This document shows, one piece after another, positions 55,486 through 64,000 of a DNA stretch of 64,000 nucleotides (position 1 is its first letter; each line of letters opens with the position of its first letter). A program made the translations under genes and the position numbers. This DNA comes from Candidatus Poribacteria bacterium (GTDB lineage: Bacteria > Poribacteria > WGA-4E > PCPOR2b): positions 4,992,001-5,056,000 of the forward strand of contig OZ220744.1 of the NCBI GenBank assembly GCA_965116925.1, in the 5' to 3' direction. The notes beneath the pieces were generated by a model. The model had not been told where the DNA came from. It made no database searches and worked only from the letters and a program-made list of their open reading frames with translations.

Positions 55486-57585
55486 CTAAATTCGGGTCAA
55501 GATCAGATTGCCGAACCTATCAACCTGTGCACGGTAGCCGGGGTGGATAACAGTGGTGGAATCGATCTCCTCGACGATTGCCGGTCCTGTCAAGACGCAG
55601 CCGGGACCCAGAAGGTAGCGGTCATAGATGGGGCATTCAACATAGCCGTGGCTTTCGGCAAAGTAGACGGATCGGGTGGCTTTCTGCGCTGCAGCGATGT
55701 CTGTTTTTTCCCCTTCCAACTCGCGCAGCCGGGGTTTGGCGATTTTGCCGATTGCGGTGAGGCGTAGGTTCACGAACTCAACCGGCTCTGTCGGCGCGCT
55801 ATAGCCGTAAGCGCGGTCATGCTCGATATGAAACTGTTCGAGCACACGGTCAATCTTTGAAGCGTCTAACTGTTCCGCCGGTAACGGTACTGTCAGCTCG
55901 TAGCTTTGTCCGATATAGCGCGTATCCACCTGCCGGAGGAAGTTGATGTCCTCCGGACGCACACCCTCCCGCTCTAGACTTGCACCGCCCTGCGCCTCCA
56001 ACTCTCGGTAGGTCGCCTCCACCGCCGCCGTATCCAATTGATCGACGTGCTGGATGAGGGTCGTGGAGTAGTCATGCTTGAGGTCAGTCACTAACAGACC
56101 CATGGCTGAAGTTGTGCCGGGACTCATGGGGATAATCGTGGTGGGTGCGTCAATCTCTGCCGCCAAACGGTTGGCGTGTACCGGACCTGCACCCCCAAAC
56201 GCGGTTAGTACGAAATCTCTGGGATCGTAACCGCGTTGGACGGAGACGAGGCGTAGGGCGTTGACCATTGCAGCGTTGGCGATTTCCACGATACCGTGAG
56301 CGGCCTCCACAAGGTCAAGGTTCAACGGATCGGCGCATTTCTCTTGGATTGCCCGACGCGCCGCCTCAACGTCCAATTCAATCTCACCGCCCAAGAAGAA
56401 GCTGGGGTTGAGTCGTCCCAACACCAGATTGGCATCGGTGATGGTCGGTTCTGCCCCGCCCGCTCCATAACACACCGGGCCCGGATCCGCACCCGCGCTC
56501 TGCGGTCCCACGCGCAGCACCCCGCCGGAATCTACCCATGCAATTGAGCCACCGCCGGCACCAATCTCCACAAGATCGATGACAGGGGTGCGGATGGGAT
56601 AACCCGCACCGCGAGAGGCACCCACGCCGGTTTGCGCGGCTGTTCCTACCTCGTAGTCTTTGGTTATCGTTGGCGTACCGTTCTGAATAAGTCCCGCCTT
56701 CGCTGTGGTGCCGCCCATGTCGAAGGAAATGACATCCGGGCAGTCCAACGTCGTGCCGAGATAGGTCGCAGCGATAACGCCTGCTGCGGGCCCCGATTCC
56801 ACCATGAAGACCGGTTTTTCGCTCGCTGCTGCAAATGTGAAGACCCCGCCGCTGCTCTGCATCACCAGCAACTCTGCCTCCAATCCTTCCGCACGTAGCC
56901 GCGCTTCGATGCTCTGGAGGTAACGCCCAACGACGGGTCTGATGGAGGCGTTGATGACCGTTGTACTTGCCCGGAAATACTCCCGAAACTCCGGCGCGAC
57001 CTCCGACGAAAGGGAGATGATGGTATCGGGAAGAATTTCACGGAGAATCTCCCCTGTCCGTTTCTCATGGCTCGGATTGATATAGGCGTGAAGGAAGCAG
57101 ACAGCGATGGATTCCACATCCTCTTGGCGAAGTTGGTCCGCCGCATTCCTGACTGCGGACTCGTCAAGCGGGGTGAGCACATTCCCTTGAGCATCCAACC
57201 GTTCAGGGACACCGAAGCACAGGTAACGCGGCGTCAGGGGACGCGGCTTTTCAAAGTGTAAATCGTAGAGCGATGGTCGAATCTGACGCTGAATCTCTAG
57301 CAGATCACGAAAGCCGTCGGTTGTAACGAAGCCGGTGCGGGCGACCTTCCCTTCGATGATTGAGTTCGTTGCCACAGTCGTGCCGTGAACGACATAACCG
57401 ACCTCGTCCGGCGACACATCGGCTTCGCGTAGTATACGGTGGGTTGCCTCCATAAAACCGTGTGACGGGTCTTGGGGTGTCGAAGGCACTTTGCCGACGC
57501 GGATCTCACCCGTTTCCTCGTTAATCAGGGTTGCATCGGTGAACGTTCCCCCGATGTCTACTCCCAGACGATACCTAAAAGCCAT
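55486..57585 (-). CDS. Hydantoinase/oxoprolinase family, subunit A
   Basis: GVDIGGTFTD, HGTTVATN, ESGPAAG, DMGGTT, IGAGGGSIA, PTITDANL. Confidence 0.95.
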   Translation of the reverse strand: MAFRYRLGVDIGGTFTDATLINEETGEIRVGKVPSTPQDPSHGFMEATHRILREADVSPDEVGYVVHGTTVATNSIIEGKVARTGFVTTDGFRDLLEIQRQIRPSLYDLHFEKPRPLTPRYLCFGVPERLDAQGNVLTPLDESAVRNAADQLRQEDVESIAVCFLHAYINPSHEKRTGEILREILPDTIISLSSEVAPEFREYFRASTTVINASIRPVVGRYLQSIEARLRAEGLEAELLVMQSSGGVFTFAAASEKPVFMVESGPAAGVIAATYLGTTLDCPDVISFDMGGTTAKAGLIQNGTPTITKDYEVGTAAQTGVGASRGAGYPIRTPVIDLVEIGAGGGSIAWVDSGGVLRVGPQSAGADPGPVCYGAGGAEPTITDANLVLGRLNPSFFLGGEIELDVEAARRAIQEKCADPLNLDLVEAAHGIVEIANAAMVNALRLVSVQRGYDPRDFVLTAFGGAGPVHANRLAAEIDAPTTIIPMSPGTTSAMGLLVTDLKHDYSTTLIQHVDQLDTAAVEATYRELEAQGGASLEREGVRPEDINFLRQVDTRYIGQSYELTVPLPAEQLDASKIDRVLEQFHIEHDRAYGYSAPTEPVEFVNLRLTAIGKIAKPRLRELEGEKTDIAAAQKATRSVYFAESHGYVECPIYDRYLLGPGCVLTGPAIVEEIDSTTVIHPGYRAQVDRFGNLILTRI

Positions 57586-57620
57586 GCGTACTCCCTCTTA
57601 TGTTCGCTATTATCAAAAAC

Positions 57621-57757
57621 TATGGTGAATTAGAGAAATAAGTAAACATTACCAATAACTCCGACCTGCGCGAAGTTTCCAAAGTCCCCCTGATAAGGGG
57701 GATTTAGGGGGTTAGCTGTGCATTGAGAGTGTCTCATTAATTCTAAAGTCCACCATA
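57621..57757. mobile_element. Shell A element with different cargo
   Basis: TATGGTGAATT / TTAATTCTAAAGTCCACCATA ends bounded by TA; cargo AAGTCCCCCTGATAAGGGGGATTTAGGGGGTT. Confidence 0.75.
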
Positions 57758-57817
57758 AATCCACACTGCCATGCTCAACCAAATGTCCCATACACAACGG
57801 TTGATTCGTACACCATC

Positions 57818-58705
57818 TTAGTTTCCGTTGGTCATTGAAGTTAGGGTCTGTTTGAATTCATCAAGATTTGGAGCTTGCACGGCCGAGCGAAGTAACTGCT
57901 TGAGATGTTGCAAATCTTCAATCGTTTCAATGGTAGGCTTTAAGGTTTCAGCCTCACTTGAATCAAATCGCATTCCCAAAATGTCAAGAATAGATTCAAT
58001 ACCTTGTTGTCTTTGCCCCTGCTGAATACCTCTTTCGGTAAAGTGTTGGACAATAGATGATTCGTACATGGTTTCCTCCGAAATAATAGTGGTAATGGTT
58101 TGAGAATCGTGAATTAACCCGCTGAGGATAGCGATGTCTGTGAAAAAATTTGATTTGTTCGTGCTGTCCAAAGGCAAGGTGTCTGCGGTTTGAACACATC
58201 GTCGCAACCACTGTTCGGCGACCATCCCTTGAGGCGGTTTCATTAGTGGCACGAAGGGAAGCAGTCCCCAGAGCTCTTGCTCGATAACCGCTTGCCCTTC
58301 AATTTCGATTAATCTTATGACCTTGTACTGAATGACTATACGATACCCAACCCTCTCCTGCACGTATTGTCCCGCATCTCTTTGTCCGGCATCCGGACGA
58401 AGGTAAATAACGTTGGAGTAGATCGGAAGTCCATAGGTTTCAATCGCTCGACCAATATATCCCGCCATTCGGCGTGACATTGGTGGATTCGTGCTGTCCC
58501 CCGTTTGAAATTCATTATGCACCAATGCGTCCTCACCATGGATTCGTACCCGTATAAGGCTATCCATTGATCGGGATTCGACAGTGGGTTGCTCGGTGTC
58601 AATGACTTCCAGAACTTCGATGCCTTCTTGTTCAAATGTGAATCGAACGAAATCCGCGGGATAATTTTTAACAAGTTGTTTGGAAACAATATCGAATTCT
58701 GCCAT
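57818..58705 (-). CDS. Rpn/YhgA-like PD-(D/E)xK nuclease
   Basis: FDIVSKQL, MDSL, HNEFQT, MSRRMAGY, VIYL, ERGIQQGQRQ tail. Confidence 0.78.
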   Translation of the reverse strand: MAEFDIVSKQLVKNYPADFVRFTFEQEGIEVLEVIDTEQPTVESRSMDSLIRVRIHGEDALVHNEFQTGDSTNPPMSRRMAGYIGRAIETYGLPIYSNVIYLRPDAGQRDAGQYVQERVGYRIVIQYKVIRLIEIEGQAVIEQELWGLLPFVPLMKPPQGMVAEQWLRRCVQTADTLPLDSTNKSNFFTDIAILSGLIHDSQTITTIISEETMYESSIVQHFTERGIQQGQRQQGIESILDILGMRFDSSEAETLKPTIETIEDLQHLKQLLRSAVQAPNLDEFKQTLTSMTNGN

Positions 58706-58772
58706 GTCATCTTTCTGCATTCTGACTAAAAACCGTACGAAGTTTTAACACCATTGTACAGATACTGCTGTC

Positions 58773-59603
58773 TCAAGCAAAGGGCCCCGGACGATGCTCA
58801 CCCAACAGCCGACGCTGGCGCGGCGTTGCTTTCGATAGAATTTCTGGATCAAACTGAAAACTCAGAAAAGGTGGAAATCGTTGCGCGATCCACCGATTCG
58901 CGTAATGCACCTGCAGCAGGTAGCGGACCTGATCGGTACGATTGGCACCCCCGCGATGCCACACATCACTCCTGAAAACAATCACATCACCCGCTTGGCA
59001 GAGGATCGATTGTTCCTCTGTGCCGTTCCACCTGTCCTGATCCCGTTCAGGTCTTACGCCAGCACGATGGCTGCCGGGAACGACACGCGTGGGTCCAAGG
59101 GCTTCATACATATCATCTAGATAAAAGTGGGCGGTCATAATCAGTGGCGGGATCTTGACCCGCGGATCGATCGCCACGTCATCGGGCAGCAGGATCGGCT
59201 TCCAATCCGCGTGCATCTTCTGTTCCTCCCGCTTTCCTGTGTTCCACTGAGTCATCTGAATGATATGACAATCTTCGCCCAGTGTGTCTTCGACCAATTC
59301 GATGACGCCCGGTTTGTCTAGAAATTCGAGATAGAGCGGATCTCGATTAAACGCATTCTGAATCGTTTTAATCCCGCTGCCTTCTGGATCGATAAAATCC
59401 CATCTCGGTGCTGCCACGCTTTTGATGCGGTCAGAACATTCGCGCAATTCTTGAACCTGTGCGGGACTGAGAACCGCGGGCAGAAAAACAAAGCCGTCAC
59501 GCTCCATCGCCTGCGCCCGTTCTTCTCGACTCTCGTAAGGGGTCAATTCGGCGGATAGCTTTGAGGGCACCTCTGCTGTTGAAGTCTGCTGTGTTGGTTG
59601 CAT
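58773..59603 (-). CDS. PhyH family dioxygenase
   Basis: DGFVFL, MHAD, GPTRVVPGSH, WHRG. Confidence 0.92.
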   Translation of the reverse strand: MQPTQQTSTAEVPSKLSAELTPYESREERAQAMERDGFVFLPAVLSPAQVQELRECSDRIKSVAAPRWDFIDPEGSGIKTIQNAFNRDPLYLEFLDKPGVIELVEDTLGEDCHIIQMTQWNTGKREEQKMHADWKPILLPDDVAIDPRVKIPPLIMTAHFYLDDMYEALGPTRVVPGSHRAGVRPERDQDRWNGTEEQSILCQAGDVIVFRSDVWHRGGANRTDQVRYLLQVHYANRWIAQRFPPFLSFQFDPEILSKATPRQRRLLGEHRPGPFA

Positions 59604-59629
59604 CGGTCAATGCTCCTTCCTATGATCTC

Positions 59630-60463
59630 TTAAGCCAGTCCGGGCGGTAATCCTTCGGTCGTGTTATAACCGCCCCCAGCGGTGATGGGCCAAGATTGAC
59701 CTCCCTTGAACTCGAAATCATCACCGAGTCCGCACAACCACTGGAACAATCGGGCGACGTGAATGGAGTCGTACCACTTTTCAAGCACTGAAACGTCTGG
59801 CATAAACTTCGTTTCCATAAAGTCGGTAGAGGGATCAACCACCCAATCGCGCTGCGGCGGGACTGTGCGCCAATAGTTATATTTAAGCAGATTGCGGATG
59901 CCGCTGCCCGTGGAGGAGGTGGCGCGGTGCCAAATACTGTAGTGCGTGATAAAAATTGAGCCCGCAGGTGCCGCCGTTTTTACGCCTACTCGGATGTTGC
60001 CGTAGTGACTCATGAATCGGCGTTTGGCGCGGACTAAGTGTGAACTCGGCACCAATTCGGTCGGTCCCATCTCTTTCGGTGTGTCTTGAGGATAGTAAAA
60101 CACCTGTAAAAATTCGAGCCGTGTCGCGTCGATGGCACCGCCATCACGATGCCAACCGCAGCTCAAAGTCCTAGGACACTCGACACGGTGGTTGCTCATA
60201 ATCATCGGCAGCTTGAAGTTTTTTCCCAGCAGCGACCGCACCGCACCCGCCGCCTGCGGATTTTTGAGAACACCTTCGACAAACCAGTCTTCAGCGAGGA
60301 TTTCGACCGGTTCTAAGTGGGAATGCTCAGCCATAAAGTCCGAGACGCGGCGATTAATTTCATCCGACACCACGCCTTCGAGGATGATAAATCCCTTCTG
60401 ACAAAATTCGATTACCTGTTGATCCGTTAGCGTCGGTTCGCAATCGTATGTTTGATCGATCAT
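59630..60463 (-). CDS. PhyH family dioxygenase
   Basis: GFIILEGV, WHRDG, GPTELVPSSH, IWHR. Confidence 0.9.
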   Translation of the reverse strand: MIDQTYDCEPTLTDQQVIEFCQKGFIILEGVVSDEINRRVSDFMAEHSHLEPVEILAEDWFVEGVLKNPQAAGAVRSLLGKNFKLPMIMSNHRVECPRTLSCGWHRDGGAIDATRLEFLQVFYYPQDTPKEMGPTELVPSSHLVRAKRRFMSHYGNIRVGVKTAAPAGSIFITHYSIWHRATSSTGSGIRNLLKYNYWRTVPPQRDWVVDPSTDFMETKFMPDVSVLEKWYDSIHVARLFQWLCGLGDDFEFKGGQSWPITAGGGYNTTEGLPPGLA

Positions 60464-60501
60464 CGGTAAAATCCTTTCATGGAAGTGCTACGGTTGTAGG
60501 T

Positions 60502-60870
60502 TCACTTTTCGAGGATAAATTCGCAGCCGAGCCCATAGGTTTCATTTTCCCCCACTAACATCAGTGTCATTTCGGGAAACTTGACGATACGCCAACCGTC
60601 GAGCATTGCCTCATGTACAGTCTGGTAGGGCCAATCGTCGGGCTCATCGGGACCGTTGTGTACGCCGTCACCATCCACAATTGACATTCCCTCAACCGCC
60701 GAGGTAACCGACGTATTTGTGGCTTGAAGATATAGCAAGCGTTGTGGTTTTGCCGCCGCCTCCAACTTGCTGTTGACGTTTCCCAACGCTTGCTGCAAAT
60801 CCTCCTCTGTCAGCGTACCCGCACGAAATTTATCCAAACACTGTTCTAACTGTTCCTTCACTTGAATCAT
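60502..60870 (-). CDS. Hypothetical protein
   Basis: Clean 122-aa ORF inside a co-oriented cluster, GAGAGG RBS; WPYQTVHEAMLDGWRIVKFP segment. Confidence 0.7.
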   Translation of the reverse strand: MIQVKEQLEQCLDKFRAGTLTEEDLQQALGNVNSKLEAAAKPQRLLYLQATNTSVTSAVEGMSIVDGDGVHNGPDEPDDWPYQTVHEAMLDGWRIVKFPEMTLMLVGENETYGLGCEFILEK

Positions 60871-60927
60871 GTCTAAGCCTCTCTCAGTTTAGCAATCTTT
60901 TATGATCGACAACGTTCTGTTGTTTTA

Positions 60928-62082
60928 CTATCCACTTATGAACCGTTCGGGACGATATGGAGCAAGCATTTCAACATGGGCACCATCAACAATTTCTACC
61001 GTTGCCAATTCTCCCACCAAGGGTGCCAACGTGACCCCGCTGTGCATCAAAGCGATATACAGATTGGGTGCTGCTTCACAAAATCCTATAACCGGCAACT
61101 CATCAATCGGCATTGGACGATAGCCCACTGGTGTTGGAATCGCTTGTGCACCGGCGAGGGCTGGCAGATAATGGACAGCGCGGCTTAACAGGTCATCTGC
61201 ATGTTCTTGGGAGTCGTCTCGATCTACACTCTCCTGTGAGCCTTGACCGATGGCAAGCGTCCCGCCAGCGGATTGTCGCAGATGAATTTCATGCCGATTT
61301 TCGTCAATGGGTGGTAGATGAAGCACTGAAACGTTCTGTAATATCGGCGGCTGCGGATCGGTACGAATCACCACACCGGGGCTGTGCTGTTGGGGAATGT
61401 GGACACCGGCGGTGGCGGCAAGTTCTGTTGTATCAGTCCCACTTGCCAATATCACTACATCACAACCGATTTCTCCACTAGGAATATTAACCGCCTCTAC
61501 CTTTCCCCGTTCATCAAGGCGTAATTCGTTGACCGGGGTATGGGTATGCACCGCGGCTCCCGCCTCACACGCACGTTGTAGACAAGCTTCAATCACTTTG
61601 AATGGGTCCACCCGCCCGTCAATCTCCGAAAAGGAGGCTGTCGTCACGGGACCGGGGGAAAGACCGGGCTCAAGTTCACGGAGTTCGCCCTTTGAAATGA
61701 TGCGGGTAGGATATCCTCTCGCTTGTAGTATCTTAATACGTTGACGCAGTGCCTCGGCTCGGTCCGGGGCGTGTTCCCACCGGAGTTCACCGCCCCAGTG
61801 TAGGTCGAGATCCATCCCCAATCTGCGAGCAAATCGATCCCAGATGTCCATTGATCGACGGTTGAAATGGTGATAGCTCACGGGATCTTTGCCGAAAGAG
61901 TTCAACCATGCAAAGGAGTGTCCTGACGCTCCTGTACACGGTTCATTCCGCTCAAGGACAGTCACAGCAACATCTTTGCGACGCGACAGGTGATAGGCTA
62001 TTGATGCCCCAACAATCCCCGCGCCTACCACGATAACGCTTAACTTTTTCGCGTCAGAATAACCTCGCTTGACTGTTACCAT
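60928..62082 (-). CDS. FAD-dependent oxidoreductase (DAO family)
   Basis: VVGAGIVG, ASGHSFAW, GYRPMP, HSGVTLAP. Confidence 0.92.
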   Translation of the reverse strand: MVTVKRGYSDAKKLSVIVVGAGIVGASIAYHLSRRKDVAVTVLERNEPCTGASGHSFAWLNSFGKDPVSYHHFNRRSMDIWDRFARRLGMDLDLHWGGELRWEHAPDRAEALRQRIKILQARGYPTRIISKGELRELEPGLSPGPVTTASFSEIDGRVDPFKVIEACLQRACEAGAAVHTHTPVNELRLDERGKVEAVNIPSGEIGCDVVILASGTDTTELAATAGVHIPQQHSPGVVIRTDPQPPILQNVSVLHLPPIDENRHEIHLRQSAGGTLAIGQGSQESVDRDDSQEHADDLLSRAVHYLPALAGAQAIPTPVGYRPMPIDELPVIGFCEAAPNLYIALMHSGVTLAPLVGELATVEIVDGAHVEMLAPYRPERFISG

Positions 62083-62115
62083 CTCAATCCTTCACAACAA
62101 CAAAAAAAAGATTTA

Positions 62116-62169
62116 GTGCAAAGAAACCGAGTTTTTTTTGAAAACTCGGTTTCTCTTCGTGCTTTGCAC
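62116..62169. repeat. Palindromic repeat, copy 2
   Basis: Reverse complement resembles 40512-40561. Confidence 0.8.
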
Positions 62170-62318
62170 TTTCTGTTTACATGAACCAAAAAGAAAACGG
62201 GAAAACAAGGGAGCGAGGAAACCTGTGTTTTCACTCGTCTCCTCGCCTTCTCAAAACCCCGTCCCCACACTTCCAATCCCGTTTTCTCGTTCTCTCGTTT
62301 TCTCGTTTTCTCCACTAC

Positions 62319-64000
62319 TCAACCCAACATCTCCAGATTCGTTACTAATTTCTCCCGCTCCGATTCAAGGACTGCAAGGCGGGCGCGTTTCTGCTCGACA
62401 ACCGCTTCCGGCGCCCGGTCAAGGAACTTCGGATTGTCTAACGTTTTCTGGGTGCCGGTGAGTTCTTTGAGAACTTTGTCCAACCGTTTCTGCAAGCGAT
62501 CTTTCTCCTTCTCAATGTCGATGATACCCGCAAGCGGGATATAGATCACAATATCGCTAATCACCGCTACGGCAGCGGCGGCAGGTTTCTCCTGATGTTC
62601 AGCGATGGAGATTTGTGAGAACCGTGTGAACGCCGGCAGGTATTCTTCCAAATGTTCGCCGAGAAGTTCAGCCGTTTCCGGATTCGGGACTTGAATCCGT
62701 ATTTCAACCTCGCTGGAAGGTGGCACATTCATCTCACCCCGGACACTGCGGATGCTATCAATAACATCCATGATTGTCTGCATCGCTTGTTCCGCCTTCG
62801 CATCCGTATCGGTCCCTTGCGGTTCGGGCCAAGTGGCGACCATGATGCTATCACCTTTATAGGAGAGACGCTGCCAGATTTCTTCCGTGATGAACGGCAT
62901 GATCGGGTGCAGCATTCGCATTGTGCCTTCAAGAATTTCAGAGGCAACCGCCTGTGCGGTATGTTTCGCTGTTGGATCATCGGTATAGTAAAGACGCTGC
63001 TTGATGAGTTCAACGTACCAATCACAATACTCGTGCCAGAGGAATTCATAGAGCGCATGCGCTGCGTCACTAAATCGGAACTCTTCAAGACATGTCGTCA
63101 CCGTTTCCACGGTTGCGTTATAGCGGCTGCGAATCCACTGATCGCACAAGATAGGATCCGTCGGCTGTCCGGACTGAAAATCATCGAGATTCATCAGTAG
63201 CAAGCGCGAGGCGTTCCAGATCTTGTTGGCAAAACGCTTCCCCGCCTCGATTTGGGACTCAGCTAACGCAATATATGGATTCGGCACAGCGGAGAATACA
63301 AGTGCGAATCGAAACGCATCGGCACCGTATTGGTGGATAGTAGGCACAGGATCAATCGCGTTCCCTTTCGACTTGCTCTGTTTCTGACCGTGTTCATCGG
63401 CTACTAGTGCATGGAGATAGACGTGGCGGAACGGCACTTCGTCCATACACTGAAGACCGAGCATAATCATTCGAGCCACCCAAAAGAAGAGGATATCCCA
63501 ACCTGTTACGAGGACAGAAGTCGGGTAAAACGTCTTGAGTGCTTCTGTCTCATCGGGCCAACCCATCGTCGAGAAGGGCCAAAGTCCCGAACTGAACCAT
63601 GTATCGAGCACCTCCTCATCTTGCCAAATCTTCTCAGAATTACAGTGAGCGCATTGATCGGGAGGAATCACCGCTACCGTGAGTTCTTCGCAAGTATCGC
63701 AGTGCCAGATTGGGAGTTGGTGCCCCCACCAGCGTTGGCGGGAAATGGGCCACGGTTCGATATTTTCCATCCATTGGTAAAACCGCTTCGTCTCACGCTC
63801 CGGGAGAAATACCACATCCCTACGTCGTGCAGCTTCAAGTGAACGTTCCGCGAGCGGTTTGACGTTAAGATACCACTGCGGCGAGATGTACGGTTCAATA
63901 ATCTGATTGCACCGATCATGATGTCCGACCGCGTGGGGATGCGGTACAATCTTAATTAGATACCCCTGTTCACCCAGATCTTCGACCAACGCCTTACGAC
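62319..64000 (-). CDS. valS: Valine--tRNA ligase (5'-partial)
   Basis: WPISRQRWWGH, DTWFSS, DILFFWVARM, KQSKS (KMSKS variant), FANKIWNA, C-terminal coiled coil. Confidence 0.96.
   Translation of the reverse strand, partial: RKALVEDLGEQGYLIKIVPHPHAVGHHDRCNQIIEPYISPQWYLNVKPLAERSLEAARRRDVVFLPERETKRFYQWMENIEPWPISRQRWWGHQLPIWHCDTCEELTVAVIPPDQCAHCNSEKIWQDEEVLDTWFSSGLWPFSTMGWPDETEALKTFYPTSVLVTGWDILFFWVARMIMLGLQCMDEVPFRHVYLHALVADEHGQKQSKSKGNAIDPVPTIHQYGADAFRFALVFSAVPNPYIALAESQIEAGKRFANKIWNASRLLLMNLDDFQSGQPTDPILCDQWIRSRYNATVETVTTCLEEFRFSDAAHALYEFLWHEYCDWYVELIKQRLYYTDDPTAKHTAQAVASEILEGTMRMLHPIMPFITEEIWQRLSYKGDSIMVATWPEPQGTDTDAKAEQAMQTIMDVIDSIRSVRGEMNVPPSSEVEIRIQVPNPETAELLGEHLEEYLPAFTRFSQISIAEHQEKPAAAAVAVISDIVIYIPLAGIIDIEKEKDRLQKRLDKVLKELTGTQKTLDNPKFLDRAPEAVVEQKRARLAVLESEREKLVTNLEMLG

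Overview
Bacterial chromosomal window. The expansion of PhyH dioxygenases, TolB-like, FG-GAP and TPR proteins, and a C-terminal 'V-x-P...WGxIK' motif suggest Candidatus Poribacteria or a relative; this assignment is an inference. It opens with a housekeeping block (radA, PIN/TRAM, ispD, ispF, cysS, dprA, mqnC) and closes with partial valS. Between them lie a VIT/PEP-CTERM plus exosortase pair, a long run of small-molecule catabolic enzymes, and several defence-like genes (CfrBI-family nuclease coupled to TIR-TPR, an Rpn nuclease, an orphan HicB). Four highlights. (1) A rhodanese-like gene missed by the ORF track reads through two in-frame TGA codons at a CxC-equivalent site (Y-U-S-U-P), has a SECIS-like hairpin, and lies directly upstream of a disulfide oxidoreductase: a probable double-selenocysteine protein. 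(2) Two divergent tnpB-only IS200/IS605 elements share a covarying structured 5' leader (three-way junction with a loop-bulge pseudoknot) behind matching promoters. (3) One of these elements inserted at the ispD stop codon and supplies a new one. (4) A modular, nested repeat system of MITE shells carries interchangeable GTAG-REP and palindrome cargo. No rRNA, tRNA or CRISPR array was seen.
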